From Pocillopora damicornis (taxonomy: Eukaryota): a DNA stretch of 64,000 nucleotides. The stretch covers positions 186,001 to 250,000 of the forward strand of contig NW_020847208.1 in assembly GCF_003704095.1 (NCBI RefSeq), given 5' to 3'. Shown one piece after another: positions 48,601 through 62,900 of the stretch (position 1 is the first letter of the stretch; every line of letters begins with the position of its first letter). The position numbers and the translations under genes are program-made. Under the pieces are notes generated by a model that saw only the letters and a program-made list of their open reading frames with translations, was not told the origin of the DNA and ran no database searches.

Positions 48601-51600
48601 GAAGAGGACAATGTAAACTGAATTTCAAAAACGAAAGATATTTTCTACAGCTCTTTGGCCAGCACATAGGGCTTACCTTTATTTACTAGGTCCTTGAGTG
48701 CAATGTGTTTATTATTGGATTCTGTAGTGCTCTCTAAAATGAAAAACGGGATAGAGAAATTCAGAGTGGTTTCACTACTTTCAAAATTGAATTTCAAAAA
48801 TAAAAACACTTTGAGGTGATGTCTTCATTTGTGAAGTGAAAACTACAGATTACAAATGCCTAAGGTACTTTTTCATTAAAAAAATCAGAAAGACTTGCAA
48901 CGCCATAGATTTTTTAATAATTTGGCCACCTAAAAATTTATCTTTTTAAGTTGATTCGAAAAAATTAACACCTCCTTTACGAACAGTTATTGAAAACCAA
49001 GCCTGTTTAGATTACAATATGCAACTGCCTCCAGCAAAGGTTCGAGTCGCCAGAGTCGCGTAATGGAGTGGATTCCTCCTCTACCATTCATGCCACGCAT
49101 TATCGTTCACTAGTGCCTGATTTTCAGGCTAATTAAAAGCCAAAAGTTATTTTTATGCTGGTATCATTTGCCATCACGTATCTGCAGGGTATATAGTTTA
49201 TAACTTTCTATCCCACATATAGAAAGTTTGCGTCCGTCTCGATATTTTCGGAAAGTATGGAAGCACCAAGATGGCAGAGGGCAACAGAATGTCGATCATA
49301 GACCATCTGAATTATGCAAACATTTCGGTTGATTTCTTTCGTCCGTACTTTTTTTTCTCTTCGGTTATTGAAAAAAAAAGGGGAATAGAATGGTACCTGT
49401 TGTCATGTTAGCACTGCTGCTGTCATTTGTAGTTGACTCATCTCTTTCATCATGGTCATGGTATGGGGACGTCCCATTTTGAGGGATTGAGTTTGGTTCT
49501 GTCTTGTACATTTTAGATGTTTCTCTGAATGGTTCTATTGTTCTGTTGTCTCGGTAGCTGCTCTCGAACAGCGCATCTAAGATGTTAGAGTGATTTGACG
49601 GAGGATTAACCATCGCGTCCTCGAAGGTGTCATCATCGCTTGAGGTGCTTTCCACTTGTGCTTCTTTTCTATTTGTAGCATCATGGCTGGGGATGGGCTT
49701 GCGAATTGCATGCACTGCAAATAAAGATACGAGGCATATGTTCCATACTTTATAGATGAAAAATTCATACCGATTCATATACATGGATATCAGTGGCAAA
49801 TCATGAGGCATGGTGTAGGTGTAACCTCGCTTATCAGCTTTTGGGGCATATGTGATCACAAAAAAATAATATTTCATGTGAAAGACGTAATGCAGAAATA
49901 TGAATAGATCGTTGCTACACATGTTCTGTTATCCTGTCGATTTCTCTTTTAACCTAGCTATTAGGATAGGAGTAGTGCAATGAAGGGCTTTTTGATTCAA
50001 ATTCTTAAAGTGAAAAGAGTCGAATCGTGCCAGCTGCACTTAGCATCAAGCGTCAACATTTTTTTCGGATAACGCGTAATTTCTTAGCCCTGTTGTCGAC
50101 CTTCTTCATTGTTGGTTTGTTTGTTTTTCGTTCGTGTTTCATCTCTAATAAGAGAGAGATGAGGCAGAGCTTGAAAGAAAGAAAAGGAAAAAGATATCCT
50201 TCTATTAGGTCCATTTTTACCATATGTCCACTCAAGAGCAACAGATGGATTTAACTAGTGACCCAGTATGAAAACCGTACCACGCTCAGCAGGTTCATTT
50301 ATGTGTCGACAATAATTTGCCATCAAAGCCGCATATTAGGCTTCTTAAAAGATGGAGAAAAGAAAAACAATGAAGATTCCCACACAAAGAATGAAGCCAT
50401 TATCTACCATCGGCATTCTTCTTTTTTCCTGATTTCCTTGCTTTTCTGAGTAAAAGCTTTTTCAAAAGAGCGTCCAATCCACCGCAAAAATTTTTCTCGT
50501 AAATTTGAGCAACTATTTTGCTTGCAAGTTTCACGGCCTCCTTAAAGTCACCGTGGAATACATGTGTTGAACTCGGATAACTAGCAATTTTTTCCAATTG
50601 ACCAAGTGAAATCTTGTTTCCGAACCCAACGGCAAATATTTCCACGCCACTTTTCTCAAGCGACTTCAAAGGTTGTGTTACGTCATCTGAAGACTTTCCA
50701 TCTGTTACCACAATCAAAATATGAGGGACGTTATGTCGGCCACTAGGATTCAAGACAAGTTCTCTCACGTCGGTCAAGCCTTGGCCTATTTTCTGATCAC
50801 CAAATGGAAGCGGTATCAGGCCAATAGCACTAAGTAAAAGTTTCTTTTTAGTGATTCTGTTGAAGTCTACAACAACGTGAAACGTTCTTCCCTCCACGAC
50901 AAGACCAAGCCTTGATTCCAATTTTGAGACATCAAAAGCATCAGCCACATATTTCATAAACAAAACAGTGCGAATCCAGTTAGGAACACCCATCTTCCCG
51001 GAGCTCTGAACAAGAAACACGAGATCCACCTTGTTAGCCCGTGGACCTGCGAGGCAATAGATTTGGTTGGATTCCTCACTCAGGGACATTTGGCTTCCTA
51101 TCTCTACACTGGCAGGGAAAAACAACGTCATGTGTTGGATAAACTGATCCAGTTGTATATCTGATATATTGACATTTTTGATTAATTGATTATAGTTCTA
51201 TGAACAAAAAATGATGTGTTACCTTTGTTTTCGTCAATATTTGGCTTCTTCGGCGAATTTATTGCTGATGAGACAATTTTCATGATTTTGAGTTAAGTTT
51301 CTCAAGTTTTTCCGTGTCAGGGGTTAGGAGTCGGCCTTATTTTTAATCCAGACGTTGTCCTTACATGCATTTTGTACAGTCGAGTACTCAAGTGGTCAAA
51401 GTTTCAAAGAAATTTTAAATGAAATGCGCAAACGAGAAGAGTTTTTTTTAAAATAGTCTTCTACAAAAATTTTGTTAAACCTAAACCTCAAAATTTTTCC
51501 TCGCAAATTACACGATTCTACGAGATCGAAAGCTTCAATTTTCATGTTAAACGGCGGATAAACTCGAAATATTATTAGAAAAAGATCGACTCCGCGCTCG

Positions 51601-54600
51601 CAAAGCTAAACATCTCAAACTAGAGAACTTTGTTCCAAAGTGTGGACCAACTCTAATTCCACCTTTTGTATTAAACCCTTAAATCTTGCAACATTTTCTC
51701 ATGACTCGAAAAAATGGAATACCTCTTACTAATCTATCAAGAAAACCTACCATTTGGAGAGTTCGAGATGGCTCCTGTATCGGTTTCTTCGCTTGGAGTC
51801 TCTAAAACAGATTAAAAAAATTATTCGTTGGAATTTTTTTGGAGAATTTGCGACAACACTTAGTAAGTAAGCTATTAAAGTTATCAACAAAATTTCCAGT
51901 TTGCCCCCTGAAAAACATTTTGCTCATCGACTCTAATATAACTCTCGTATAAGTTATTACCATCTGGCGTTACAGTGATAACTTCAGGATCTGGCTCCTC
52001 GCTTGGGTTCACTTAAATAATTTGAAAGAAAAAGAAAACGTCAGTCAACACTCAGTTACTTTACTCACTTATTATTTTAGGATTTGACAAGGTCTGCAAG
52101 GTGGGAAGTGGAGGAAGGGGGGGGGGAATCAAAACTTGTGAACATCGTGATAAAATAGTCAGGTTTTGATACTTGTAACATAGGATAAGATAGTAATTGC
52201 GTTCTCTATTGCTCTCTTTGAAATTAGTACCATTTTTGCCTTGAAAGAAAAGCAAAATCACAGTGCAGTTAAAGTATTTAAGCTATTCCTGTGACCTTTC
52301 TGGGACTACTTCTGTAGGTGCAAGGATTTCAATAGATACTTGGCACAGGATTTCAGTGCGTGGCTAAGGAATCAAGGACTAAATGGCAATTTAATCGATA
52401 GTGCGATAGTGTATGTAAGACAACCCGGGAAATTAGTTTGCTCTATATATTATTAATTCTTGATGGGCATTGACGGAAGCTTGCAATTGGAAGGTAGAGG
52501 AGTAAAGTCAAAATATTTTATAACGATTGACTGAGTCTATACTTACTCGCTGCTTCAGAGTCACCCAATGTCACTTCTGTTTGCACTTTGGTTCATAAGA
52601 AAAAAAAAAGACGTTAATTTTAACATTTTAGAGAGATAAATGTTGCAGAATACTGCGTCTCTGTCAAGTTTATTACTTATATTTTATGATTCTCACTTCC
52701 TGATTTGTCAAATTTGCCATTATATTCTGTTCTGTAACTTCAGATTTTGAGCGTAAACCGGCAGCTCGCATATTTGAGAAATCAAGTCATATGGCTCATC
52801 AAAAATGATCGTTTCCATACTCACTCGCAGAGTCTGAGTCATCTGGTGTCACTTCTTCCAATTGCACCATGTAAAGTAAGAAGAGAAACGTGAACATTTA
52901 CTTTTGATATTACAAAGCGATCAATGTGACAGAAAATTGAGGTAAAGCTTCATTCTCGACATTATATTTTTTGACGGTATTTCAACGATTTCTCCATGTT
53001 ATATTTCAATACATTCCTCTTCTACCCACATTGATGTATGCTGGGACTAACATGTGTGCACCGTGGTCAACATAACAAAATTAACCGATCTAAAGAGAGA
53101 ACAACTCCGATTACGGTGCAAGGTGACTTTTGCTATCTTTGAGTTCCAATAGCCCTCAAAGGAAAAAATAATGATATAAACAATTACTTGTCACATCAGC
53201 CTTCAAGCAACGTTTAATATTAAAAAAGGGTAACTGAGAGTAACAAACCTTGGGAGCTACTTCCTTCAATTACATCTGGCAGGGAACAAAAAGATAAAAG
53301 CAAAATGAAGAAATTTCTGATTTTGTAAAAGGAACTATTTAGCGTATAAATGTAAAAGCAAATATATCATTAATTAAGGGCTATTGATTACTAAAGCAAA
53401 TAGTACTCAAAACATTAAGTTCGAATAAGCTCTTGTAAACATGTTCATATTTACTTCAATAGTGCAAGGGGCCTCAATTTCAAGGTAAGAAATAATGAAC
53501 ATTAGAGAGAAACTCGAGCATGGAGATCATAAGAAAACTAGAAAACCGCTCAAGATGGAGTAAATAAGGACTATAGATCGAAATTTCAACAACATGTTCT
53601 TGCTTGACATTAATTCAAAAATAGAAATATTTACCTCGGCATAGTTTTGGGGCTAATTTTGTCTCCAAAGTGTCCAAATGATTTTCATCTGATATCAAAG
53701 TATTCTGAATATCTGAAGCTGAGTCACTCATTTCTAAAGGATCGTTTTCACCACCAATCCCCACTGTAAGAATTTTCACTCCAGCATCCTTCAGATCCTT
53801 CACAGCGTGACCAATGGCGTCTTCCGATCTTTTGGATAAAAGAACAATTAACGTCTTTGGAATATTTGGACGCGCGCTTTTATCGTATAGCTGGTTCTTG
53901 GTAAACGAAAGGGCCTCTCCAAGGTTGCTCCCAGCAATGGGCGTTTTCACTTCTTCAATGGCTTGCGAGAGACTCGATATTTCAAAGTATTGGTTGAAGT
54001 CAAACGCCAAATAAGGCTTCTTGCCATACACGACGAGGCCAATATGGGTTCCCGAATCGGAAACCTTTGCCTTTTGTGCCATATTTCTTACAAAGCGTAA
54101 TGCTTTTCTGAACGTCATTTCACTCTTGTCCTTTGATTCTTTATAGCTGCCTGATACAAGGAAGCCGAGTTCCATAGTAGGGGTGTTGCACGCTTTGCTA
54201 TCATCAAAGAGTTGACCTGTATATATAACATAAGAAATTGAGTTCCGTTTTTCACCAAATTAACGAACTATGATTGCTGAATTTGAATGAATTGCGTTGA
54301 GCTTTTAAAATATAGTATGATTTTTACCATTTGCGCTTCACACGAGGCAAACAATTCCCCTCTCCATAAATTAGCCAAAAACAAAAATTAAGTTTTTTGG
54401 ATGGCAGACTTAACACAAATTATTTTATTTTGTTCCAACCGCTGATTTTGTTCCCTGCATGAGCTTACCTTCACTCAACAAAATGGCTCTGCTACGGCTG
54501 GACCTTGGAGCTTTCGATTCGAAGAGAAGTTAAGTGCATTAACCAATCGACATTGCGTCCACCTTAATTCAATTAGCGTGATACATGTTTATCTTACCCA

Positions 54601-55423
54601 TTAAATTCGCCACCTCCTGAGTGTCATTGACTTTTGACCCTAAAAGAAAATAAATACATTTCCTTTGAGATGGTGTGTGCGAACAGCAGCTCAGGTGGAA
54701 GCCTTATGTTGTAGCGCATAGTTTGCTTAAAATAAAAGATCTTTGAAATCATATCGCAAATTGGTATTTAAGCACGACTCACACGAATGTTCACTTTCTT
54801 TAAGCAATTGATGAAAAATTTTTCGAAATGTGATCTGACGATGACCAACTTCTACCGCTATACTACATTCTATGGACGGAGAAGCACTACTTTTTCTTTG
54901 TATAAGCGGATATTAGTTATTGAAGGCCACTGTTTTATATCCTGGTTGATTTTCTATGTTGGCAAGATATTACCGTCAGCTGATAACCACCCTACAAGCT
55001 ACGCTGTGTCAATTCTATTATGAAAATTCGCGCGTCGTGGGAATCTTAATGACTCTTAATAATGTTCAGATGAAACGATGCGATGGATAAGATTAAAAAT
55101 GTTGATGTTCATCTCCTCAGGGGCTTGGAGAAAGGATAATACATCTATACTATAGTTCGCATACTGGACTAATGAAGACCGTGATATATTCACAATGTTC
55201 ATCTTTTACTGGGGATTTTGTCCAATTGGGAACGAAAGTTTAAGTTTTCAGGGCACCTATTCACTGAATATTCATTATGGCCATTATAGAAATTATAAAC
55301 ATTCCAGCCTCTTTAAAGAAGAGACGCATATGCCAAACCTGACGACAAAATGGCGATCCAATGAATCGTAAACACGAAGTAACCAAGTGATCGGAAAGAC
55401 GATCCTTTTTCATGCAAAAACAT
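45487..55423 (-). CDS. Secreted multi-VWA (von Willebrand factor A; collagen VI/matrilin-like) protein with three VWA domains and a C-terminal ShKT domain
   Basis: Mostly phase-1 exons: 55339-55423 (MFLHEKGSSFRSLGYFVFTIHWIAILSS, tentative signal exon), 54598-54639, 54469-54510, VWA1 53635-54216, microexons 53249-53275, 52825-52854, 52547-52576, 51961-52011, 51751-51801, 51223-51264, VWA2 50408-51103, 49397-49714, 48677-48733, VWA3 47751-48008 plus 47142-47435 (ADIGILIDGSSSV), 46750-46785, 46238-46563, 46000-46108, 45487-45620 (ShKT, stop). The VWA exons are secure; the microexons and first exon are inferred from splice signals and phase. Confidence 0.82.
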
Positions 55424-55937
55424 GGTTGATATAGTTTTACAGGCACTTGAAATGGCAAGTGTTATCTCGAAGATGGCACGCTTAATCACATTGTCTCCTC
55501 CCAATTTGTATAACATTCAATCCTTTCGGTCTTTCTTGGGAGAACCTTAAACAAAGGCTTCAGAAAAGTGCACCAGTCGCTTTGTTAAAATTTTTTAGGG
55601 TTAGCGAAATTTGATATTTTGATTTGTGATCAATCTAATTGGTAGTCATGGGATGGCACCTAACTGACATCTGTCAATAACCTGTTGTAGCTTTTAAAAC
55701 AACTTAATTCCTTTCAAAAAGCTAAATGAAAACTAATGTGTATACACTGGGGAGAAAATCATTAGGGACAATTTCAAATCTGCTTTCTTGAGAATTTTTA
55801 TTCCTGATTCACACAGCATGTGGAAGACAACCAGCTAGAATTCTGTTTCGTATAGTTAAAGCATATCGATTTGAACCACTCAGCGCTCAGTAACTGGCCT
55901 ATCTTAAAAACAAAGGTAATCCAAAAATAAGGAAATT

Positions 55938-56087
55938 AAAATAAATGAAGTAAATAGATGTGCCGATTTAAGAAGAGTTCTTAGCAAATGTTTGGACTTG
56001 ATTTGCAAGAAAATAAATGAAATACAAAGATATGCCTATTCAAGAAGAGTTCTTAGCGAAGGTTTGCATTGATATGCAAAAAAATAA
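55938..56087. repeat. Two-copy ~72-bp tandem duplication between the divergent VWA genes
   Basis: aaaataaatgaa..agat(g/a)tgcc..att(t/c)aagaagagttcttagc..a..gtttg..ttgat(t/a)tgcaa repeated at ~55938 and ~56010. Confidence 0.75.
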
Positions 56088-56931
56088 TTCGAGATGGTAA
56101 CGTTCTTTTAGTGAAACAAACAAAACCCATAATGAACGCAGCAGCGCATTCTAAAAATAATGCAACATCTTAAAATCACCCACTTGAAAGCGAAAATTTG
56201 TGAATAATCAATCATCATGCACAGCGGTGGCCATCTAAAAGTCTGAATAAGTTTACAAAGAGATGAATTCAGAAATTGTTCTAGACACTACACCAGCAAA
56301 AAAAGGGGGGTCGAACTCAGTTGAAAGAAAAAAGCAACGAAAACAAAGCAAGTAAATTAACAAAAACAAACTAAGTTTCAATCGGTCCCCCGCTACCCCC
56401 TACAAGTTGGATGTAGTTCAGTATGCAAGGGTCCAACGAGTGTGAAACCGGTTTTTAGTCGTTGGCTAAACTTTGACTCAATTTGAACTGCTTGTATCAC
56501 GCAATTTTCATATTAGAGTTTCCACAGACTCTTCTGGCGTTTCGTTAGTACAAAAAAGCTGATTTTACACCTTTGTAAATGAGTTTAAGTAGTAAGCTCC
56601 AGAGAAAAGCAGCGAATGAAATCTCCTCGTTTCATTTTAGAGTCGTTGTAGTGCATGTGTAGGGGTGGAATCTAACTTCACGCCTGAATAATTATTTGCA
56701 AATCATGGTCTTTTGCGATCTGTAATTGGCCAAAGCTTTCTGCTCTGCTCTGGTTCGCTATTGTGCCGACCAGTGTCATTATCAGGTAACGTTCTCAGCA
56801 ATATCGTGGTCTCTTAAGCAAAGTTACAGGTACCAGAAAAATAACTGGTTGTAATGATTCAACAAAATGATCGTCCCCAAAACGTTAACCACACCACAAA
56901 ATGACTTCCAAAAAGTCATATGCAAGAAATT

Positions 56932-59900
56932 ATGTCTATGGGTGAGATTGATCCTTTCTTCTTAATTGTACGTGGTTAAATATGGAATAATTTGCTTTCA
57001 TCTCCTCCGACAGGTCGGCTCTTGAGAATCATCTTGACCTTGATTGCATTTTGCTTTCCTGCTGCTCTCTGTCAGTTAAATAACATTATAAAAGGTCAAG
57101 TATGATACTTATGTACTTAAACAGCGCAAAAGTAGCAACATACAGAATTGGATGTGTAGAATAGAAAGTTGGTTTATTACTGTTGCTGAAAGAAACGTAA
57201 ATAAACAATTTCCATGCTACCTGCATCGGAAAGATATATTATGCGGGAGCTCCAATTTGTAACGAAACTTCGAGAGGTTAATGAGATTAATTGTTTTAAA
57301 CATGTCGAGTACGCCACTTGCCAGCCGATTGTACATCCAGCAATAGATGCCATAACTGATCCAGTCAAGACAATTGTGATAATTGACATATTTAGTCACA
57401 ATACAGCTCGTGTCGAGTTTCTTTAAGCGAGTCCATGAAATGATATTCATATTCTAGTGTAATACTACTACTTATCTGCCATTTAGTGGTCAAAGATAAG
57501 TTCAAAATGTTAATGTAGCTAAGAGACAACTTCTCTCTTCTCTATCACTGCCGTGTGAAGACTCCCGTACAAATTTGACCACCACAGATTTCAATATAGG
57601 ACCCAGATAATCATCACAAAAACTACACGATACCGGGGATTTAATTGACTACATATTGGTGTCTGTTTTCACATCTGCAAAGAAAAATCGTACGAACGCA
57701 ACTGCATGTCGTGACATATAAGCACCTGCAAAATTTAGACGTAAAGAAAATCCCTTGTTACCCTCTATGCATGACCTATTTGTCTATTCGCCATTAAGCA
57801 GTCAGAGACGACATATGTTGTAATTAAATATGCTTAAGGAAGTCTACCAAAGAACTGCTTTTCATGATTACTGCGATCAAATATGCTATTATAATTATCA
57901 CTGGAATAGCAGTGAGGATAGATGTATCATACCTCCAATGTCACTAAAATGCAATTATATTTTCCTTTAAAGCAGATAGAAAAAACGTCAGACTCCTTCC
58001 AATCAGCCAAGATGGAAAGTTTATGCGTCTTCCTCTACAGTTCCGCCTTAAAACCAAACACAGCAGGGAGCTGACGTCAAACGATAAAATCAGAAAATTT
58101 CCTTCGACCAAAAAACAAGTTAACAGAGCAAGGTTTAAACGCTCAATTTCACAAAACGCAGACGATCCCTCCTTAAGTCGGCTCACAGACGACTTAGAGC
58201 AACTAACAGAGCTATTGAAATCAAGGGAAGAAAAGCCTCAACATGTTACCGTCATTAATAACAGTGACAAAAGAGCCAACACTGCAGAGGGTAAAGTTAG
58301 TTAAAATTGTCATGTACGAAAGCTTACAACTTTTGTAGACTGATACAGAATGTTCCGTCCGATGCAAAGGTTTTTTCGCACTGTAAGTGTTCAAACCATG
58401 CTGATCTCATAACTATATGATTTTCTAAGGGAGGATACTTCATCAGAGTGGCCGGCATGTCATTTTCCTCTTTTAACAATTGATAGCAATTTGACAAAGG
58501 TTGTTTTTTTTTCAAAGGCAAGACATCTTCCATCTTTGTTTGATTCATCATGTTCAGCTTTAATCTTAAAGGAGTGTGCGCCGTAAGGTAAAAAATGCAA
58601 TTATTTCTAAGATACACCTCCATTTCATTTTCCTTATGATTTAGGTAACGTTCTTGCTTTTGACCTCGTATTTGTGGTGGATGGGTCCAAGGATATAGAT
58701 GATCAAGGAACCGGAAATTTTAGGAAATGCCTTGAGTTTACGAAGGAAATTCTCCGTTCATTTCCAGTTTCAAAACAGGGTGTACATACTGGAATAATAA
58801 CGTACGGCAGAAAAGCGCTCGTGGATATTAATCTCGACACATCTTTGGATCAAACGGGTATAGAAAGCGCTATTGATGCGATTCCATATTCTGGTGATGA
58901 GTCATATACTGGTAATGCACTTGATACAGCCATGGGGAAACTCTTCCCACACAGTGGCCGCGAAAAAGTGGCACACATCTTAGTGGTAGTTAAAGGAAGC
59001 ATCTCACAGGATGAAGTGCAGTCGTCTGCGCAAGAACTGAGGGACTCTGGTGTACGGATCTTTTGCATCGGCGTTGGAAAAAGGTTTGACCAATCGCAGC
59101 TGGACTTAATTGCTAGTTCACCATCTGGTACTTATGTGATAACAACTGAATTTAACACCCTGCGAAATGTGGTGCCGACTCTTTCATCGCGAATTTTGTC
59201 AGGTAAGATGCCCTTTCCCCCCACAGGACGCATGTTGCTGAGAACATGGAAGTTAGTTCCTCTAGTGGGAGGGCCGAACGGGAAAATATTTCGCTGGAGG
59301 TCCGTGTGTGATGACCAATGGCCAAATATATTCCCTTCCTACATGACAGAATTGAGCAATAATTATTTTATCGTTTATCCACCAGATTTATTAATTTTTA
59401 AAGTACGTTTGAGCCTACTAAATAGGGCATTTATATAACGGACGAACGCTGGCCACAAAAAAAAGATTCAAGACAGAGCAAAAAAAAAAAATCTTCGAAA
59501 AACGCGACTTATTTCTCAATTCTGTTTTATTTTAAATTGGAAATATACGTTGTTATAATAAATCACTCGCAATAGACCACTATGTGAATGGTTGTATTGT
59601 TTAGTACTTTACCAAGCAAATTTACAGTTCTCAGCGAACCGACTGGAAAACAGACTCCAGCAACCACTGGGAGCCTATGGACAGATGGAGGAATTGTTGG
59701 TAAGAAAGACCGTAAAGTGTAAATTTTGTAGATAATGGTACAACTTTCTTCTCCTTTTTTCGCGACCTTACTATATTCGCGGCAATGAGATCAAACTTTT
59801 CGTTGATGATTAAAAAGCATTCAAGAATTCAACTCAACGAATTAAAGGGAAAAACATCACAAGACAGGTCAATTTCGATAGGTGACTGACCTCTGGGTTG

Positions 59901-62900
59901 TAGGGCATTCTTTTACGCCCTCAAACTTGCTCAATTGTGTATGATCATCGAGATCTAGTAGGTATGTTCAGCGAAAGTTATTTAGTTTATTCCACTAATC
60001 CTAAGCTAATGAGAAATAACAAAAAAGGAAACTGATGCTAAGAAGAATTCAAAATTCCCTCACATTTCACATTTTCATCATTTCTAGAGACAAAACATGA
60101 ATTGCAAACCTAATTAATTTACAAAGGTTTTTTCAATACTTTCCTCTGTTATAGTTAGGTTGCTCTGCAGATATTTATCATTGGATTGACCTTTAATTTT
60201 TTTGTTTTCAAGAGGCCAAGATCGACTTAGCCTTTTTAATTGATGGTTCAGACACTGTTGGGGAAAGAAACTTTCGCATTTCACTTGACTTTGCGAAAAC
60301 CATTGGCGACTCGTTTTGGACTCAATTTGGCAGCCTTCATCTTGGGCTCGTGGTGTTTGGAGCGGATGCGAGTGTCATTTTCGATTTTGATAACAGTTAT
60401 AAGGACATTACAGATATAAACAATGCCATAAGTAATGCAGCATTTCCAGGTGGAGGAAAAGTTATGGTTGGAGATGCTCTAAAATGGACTGAAACACATT
60501 TGTTTGGTAGCAAACACCAGGATTCCTATAAAAGGATTCTTGTCGTAATAATTGGAAGTAGCTCTGGGGACGACGTATTCCTTGGAGCAGAAATGCTTAA
60601 AGAAAACTCAGTAACTACATTTTGTATTGGTGTAGGCAGCAATTTTGAGAAGACGCAAATAGATGGAATAGCGTCTTCACCAAGCTCTGATAACGTTTTG
60701 ACAGTTTCCACCTACCCAGGTCTTGCATTTTTAAAACAACCTCTTATTCACAAAATCGAGCAAGGTAAGATTATCCTAGCTATCCCCCTAAGTTTGAATT
60801 GTATAATGTCTTCTTAATTCTGTCTCTTTAAGAACTTCAGTTGATTATCATTTTGTTCATTCTGAAAGTACACAGGCGGAAAACTCGTAATTTTTTTCTT
60901 TTAATGTCTAATAATATACACTTTACCTACGTTAGCAGCTCAAGGTGGCCACCTGCTTTGAGCATGAGCATTTGCAGCTCTTGAAGAAGAAATATTTCCC
61001 AGAATCTAAGCTAATTGTGGGGATTTGATTTGACAATTTCAGCACGCACGACATACATTCCACCGAAAGATCCCAATGGGAGATTTCAACGTTATATACC
61101 TGGACAGGCAGGGGCAGAAGCAGTTTTACTTCAAGGGAGGATGCCGCCAGGAGGTGTTACTGGGTTTCCGCTAGCAGCACGAGTGCCACAAGCAGGAGTA
61201 CCACCAGGAACGATATCACCAGTTGGTGTACCACAAACTGGAGTACCGCCACCTGGGATACAGCCAGCAGCTGTTATCCCACCCAGTATTCCACCAGTAG
61301 GATCCCCCCCAGGGAGACTACCTCCAGTTGGACCATCATTAGTTTTACCTACTGCTCCAGTGGCCTTGCCAGGGGGACAAGAACCCGGAAATGAGGCTCT
61401 GAGTAAAAGGCCCCTGCACCCGAATCCAGTAGTTCCTTCTCTTGTACCCGTCGAAGGTATGTAACAGTTGCTAATTAAAGTGAAATAAACAGGGAGACAT
61501 AATTAATCACACTTCTGTATTAAATCTCATATTCTACGAGTTACTTCTTCTATTACAACCAAAAAAACGCTCTCTCATTTGAAATAAAATTCTAAACGAA
61601 ACTTTATCGTATTGGAGTTAAGGTTTGAAAATTAGGGGATATCAGATGGTGAATATCTTCGTAAATTCCACAGTTTTAGCCGAGGCATATTTGGTAATGA
61701 TATGTGTCATACCAATCGTGCGTGAGCAAAATTATGTTATGGATTGTAAAATCAATTATTCCTGGATGGACTATCACATAAGCATTTTTGGTTTTTTCAG
61801 ATGCAATTATCATGCTTTTGTTAATATCATTTCAGATGAGAAGCTGGACCTTGTGTTCTTGCTTGATGGATCGACCTCTATCACAAATGCCGGTTTTCAG
61901 GATGCTAAGCTGTTCATCAAAAAACTGTACAGCAATTTTCCTATTGGGGAATATTCAACTCATGTTGGTCTTGTTGTCTTTGGTGAAGAATCGAAAACAA
62001 TTTTCGACTTAATCGAATACACCGACAAACAAACGCTTGATATGAAGCTTCCTTCACTTCTGAAATATGATTCTTCCGGGAACTTTCTGGGTAGGGGACT
62101 GCAAACTGTTAAGAAAAATGTTTATGACGTTAGTGCACGACCGGGAGGACATCAAGTACTTGTGATCATCGCGGCAGGAAGCTCACAGGATGATGTGAAA
62201 GCACCTTCGCGCGACTTGAGAGACGAGGGTGTCAGGATTTTCTGCGTAGGAATTGGTAATAACGTAGATGTTAATCAACTTCAAAATGTTGTAACAGCTC
62301 CTGAAAGGGAACATTTAGCTACGGTGAGTTCAGATAAGCTGGATACACTGCTGGGACCTGTGGTGCAGAATATCAGAAAAGGTAAGAACAAATTTGACTT
62401 TTAGTCGTGTGGGAGGATTCCACTTTTCAAAATAGTTCCTATTTCGTCCCAAACTGAATCAACGTGCTCCGGACTTTGTTTTCTGTTCTCACCTCTTTGA
62501 GTTGACCCATTGATTAATTGTGGTTATGTTTTTAAAATCCCAGATATCACAGAAACTGTGGTTCCATTAAGACTTGCTGGTAAGTAATTTTTTTTTTGTT
62601 TTTGTTTTCTTGATTGATAGATTTTGATAGTGAAGTAGAAGATGAAAGAGGAAAAATTATAAATGATGAGGGAAAGAGTCAAGGCCAGATTTCGGCAGTA
62701 AATTGTTTGAATGCAAGGGTTTTAGGGGTGATCTTTGGAGTATTGTGATTGTTTTCCATCTTAGTTTTAATTTACTAATATAACTTACTTTTCTTTCTCT
62801 TACTTTTCCTTTTTATTTTCAGACGTCAAAATGGATCTGGGTTTCTTGTTGGATGTCAATTCCAACAACTTCAGGCGTGATGAATTTAGTAACGTTTTAA

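Noticed and set aside
52296-52311. Further microexon (VVPE) in the minus-strand VWA gene
   Set aside because: 16 nt, which would shift the frame, and the donor is weak.
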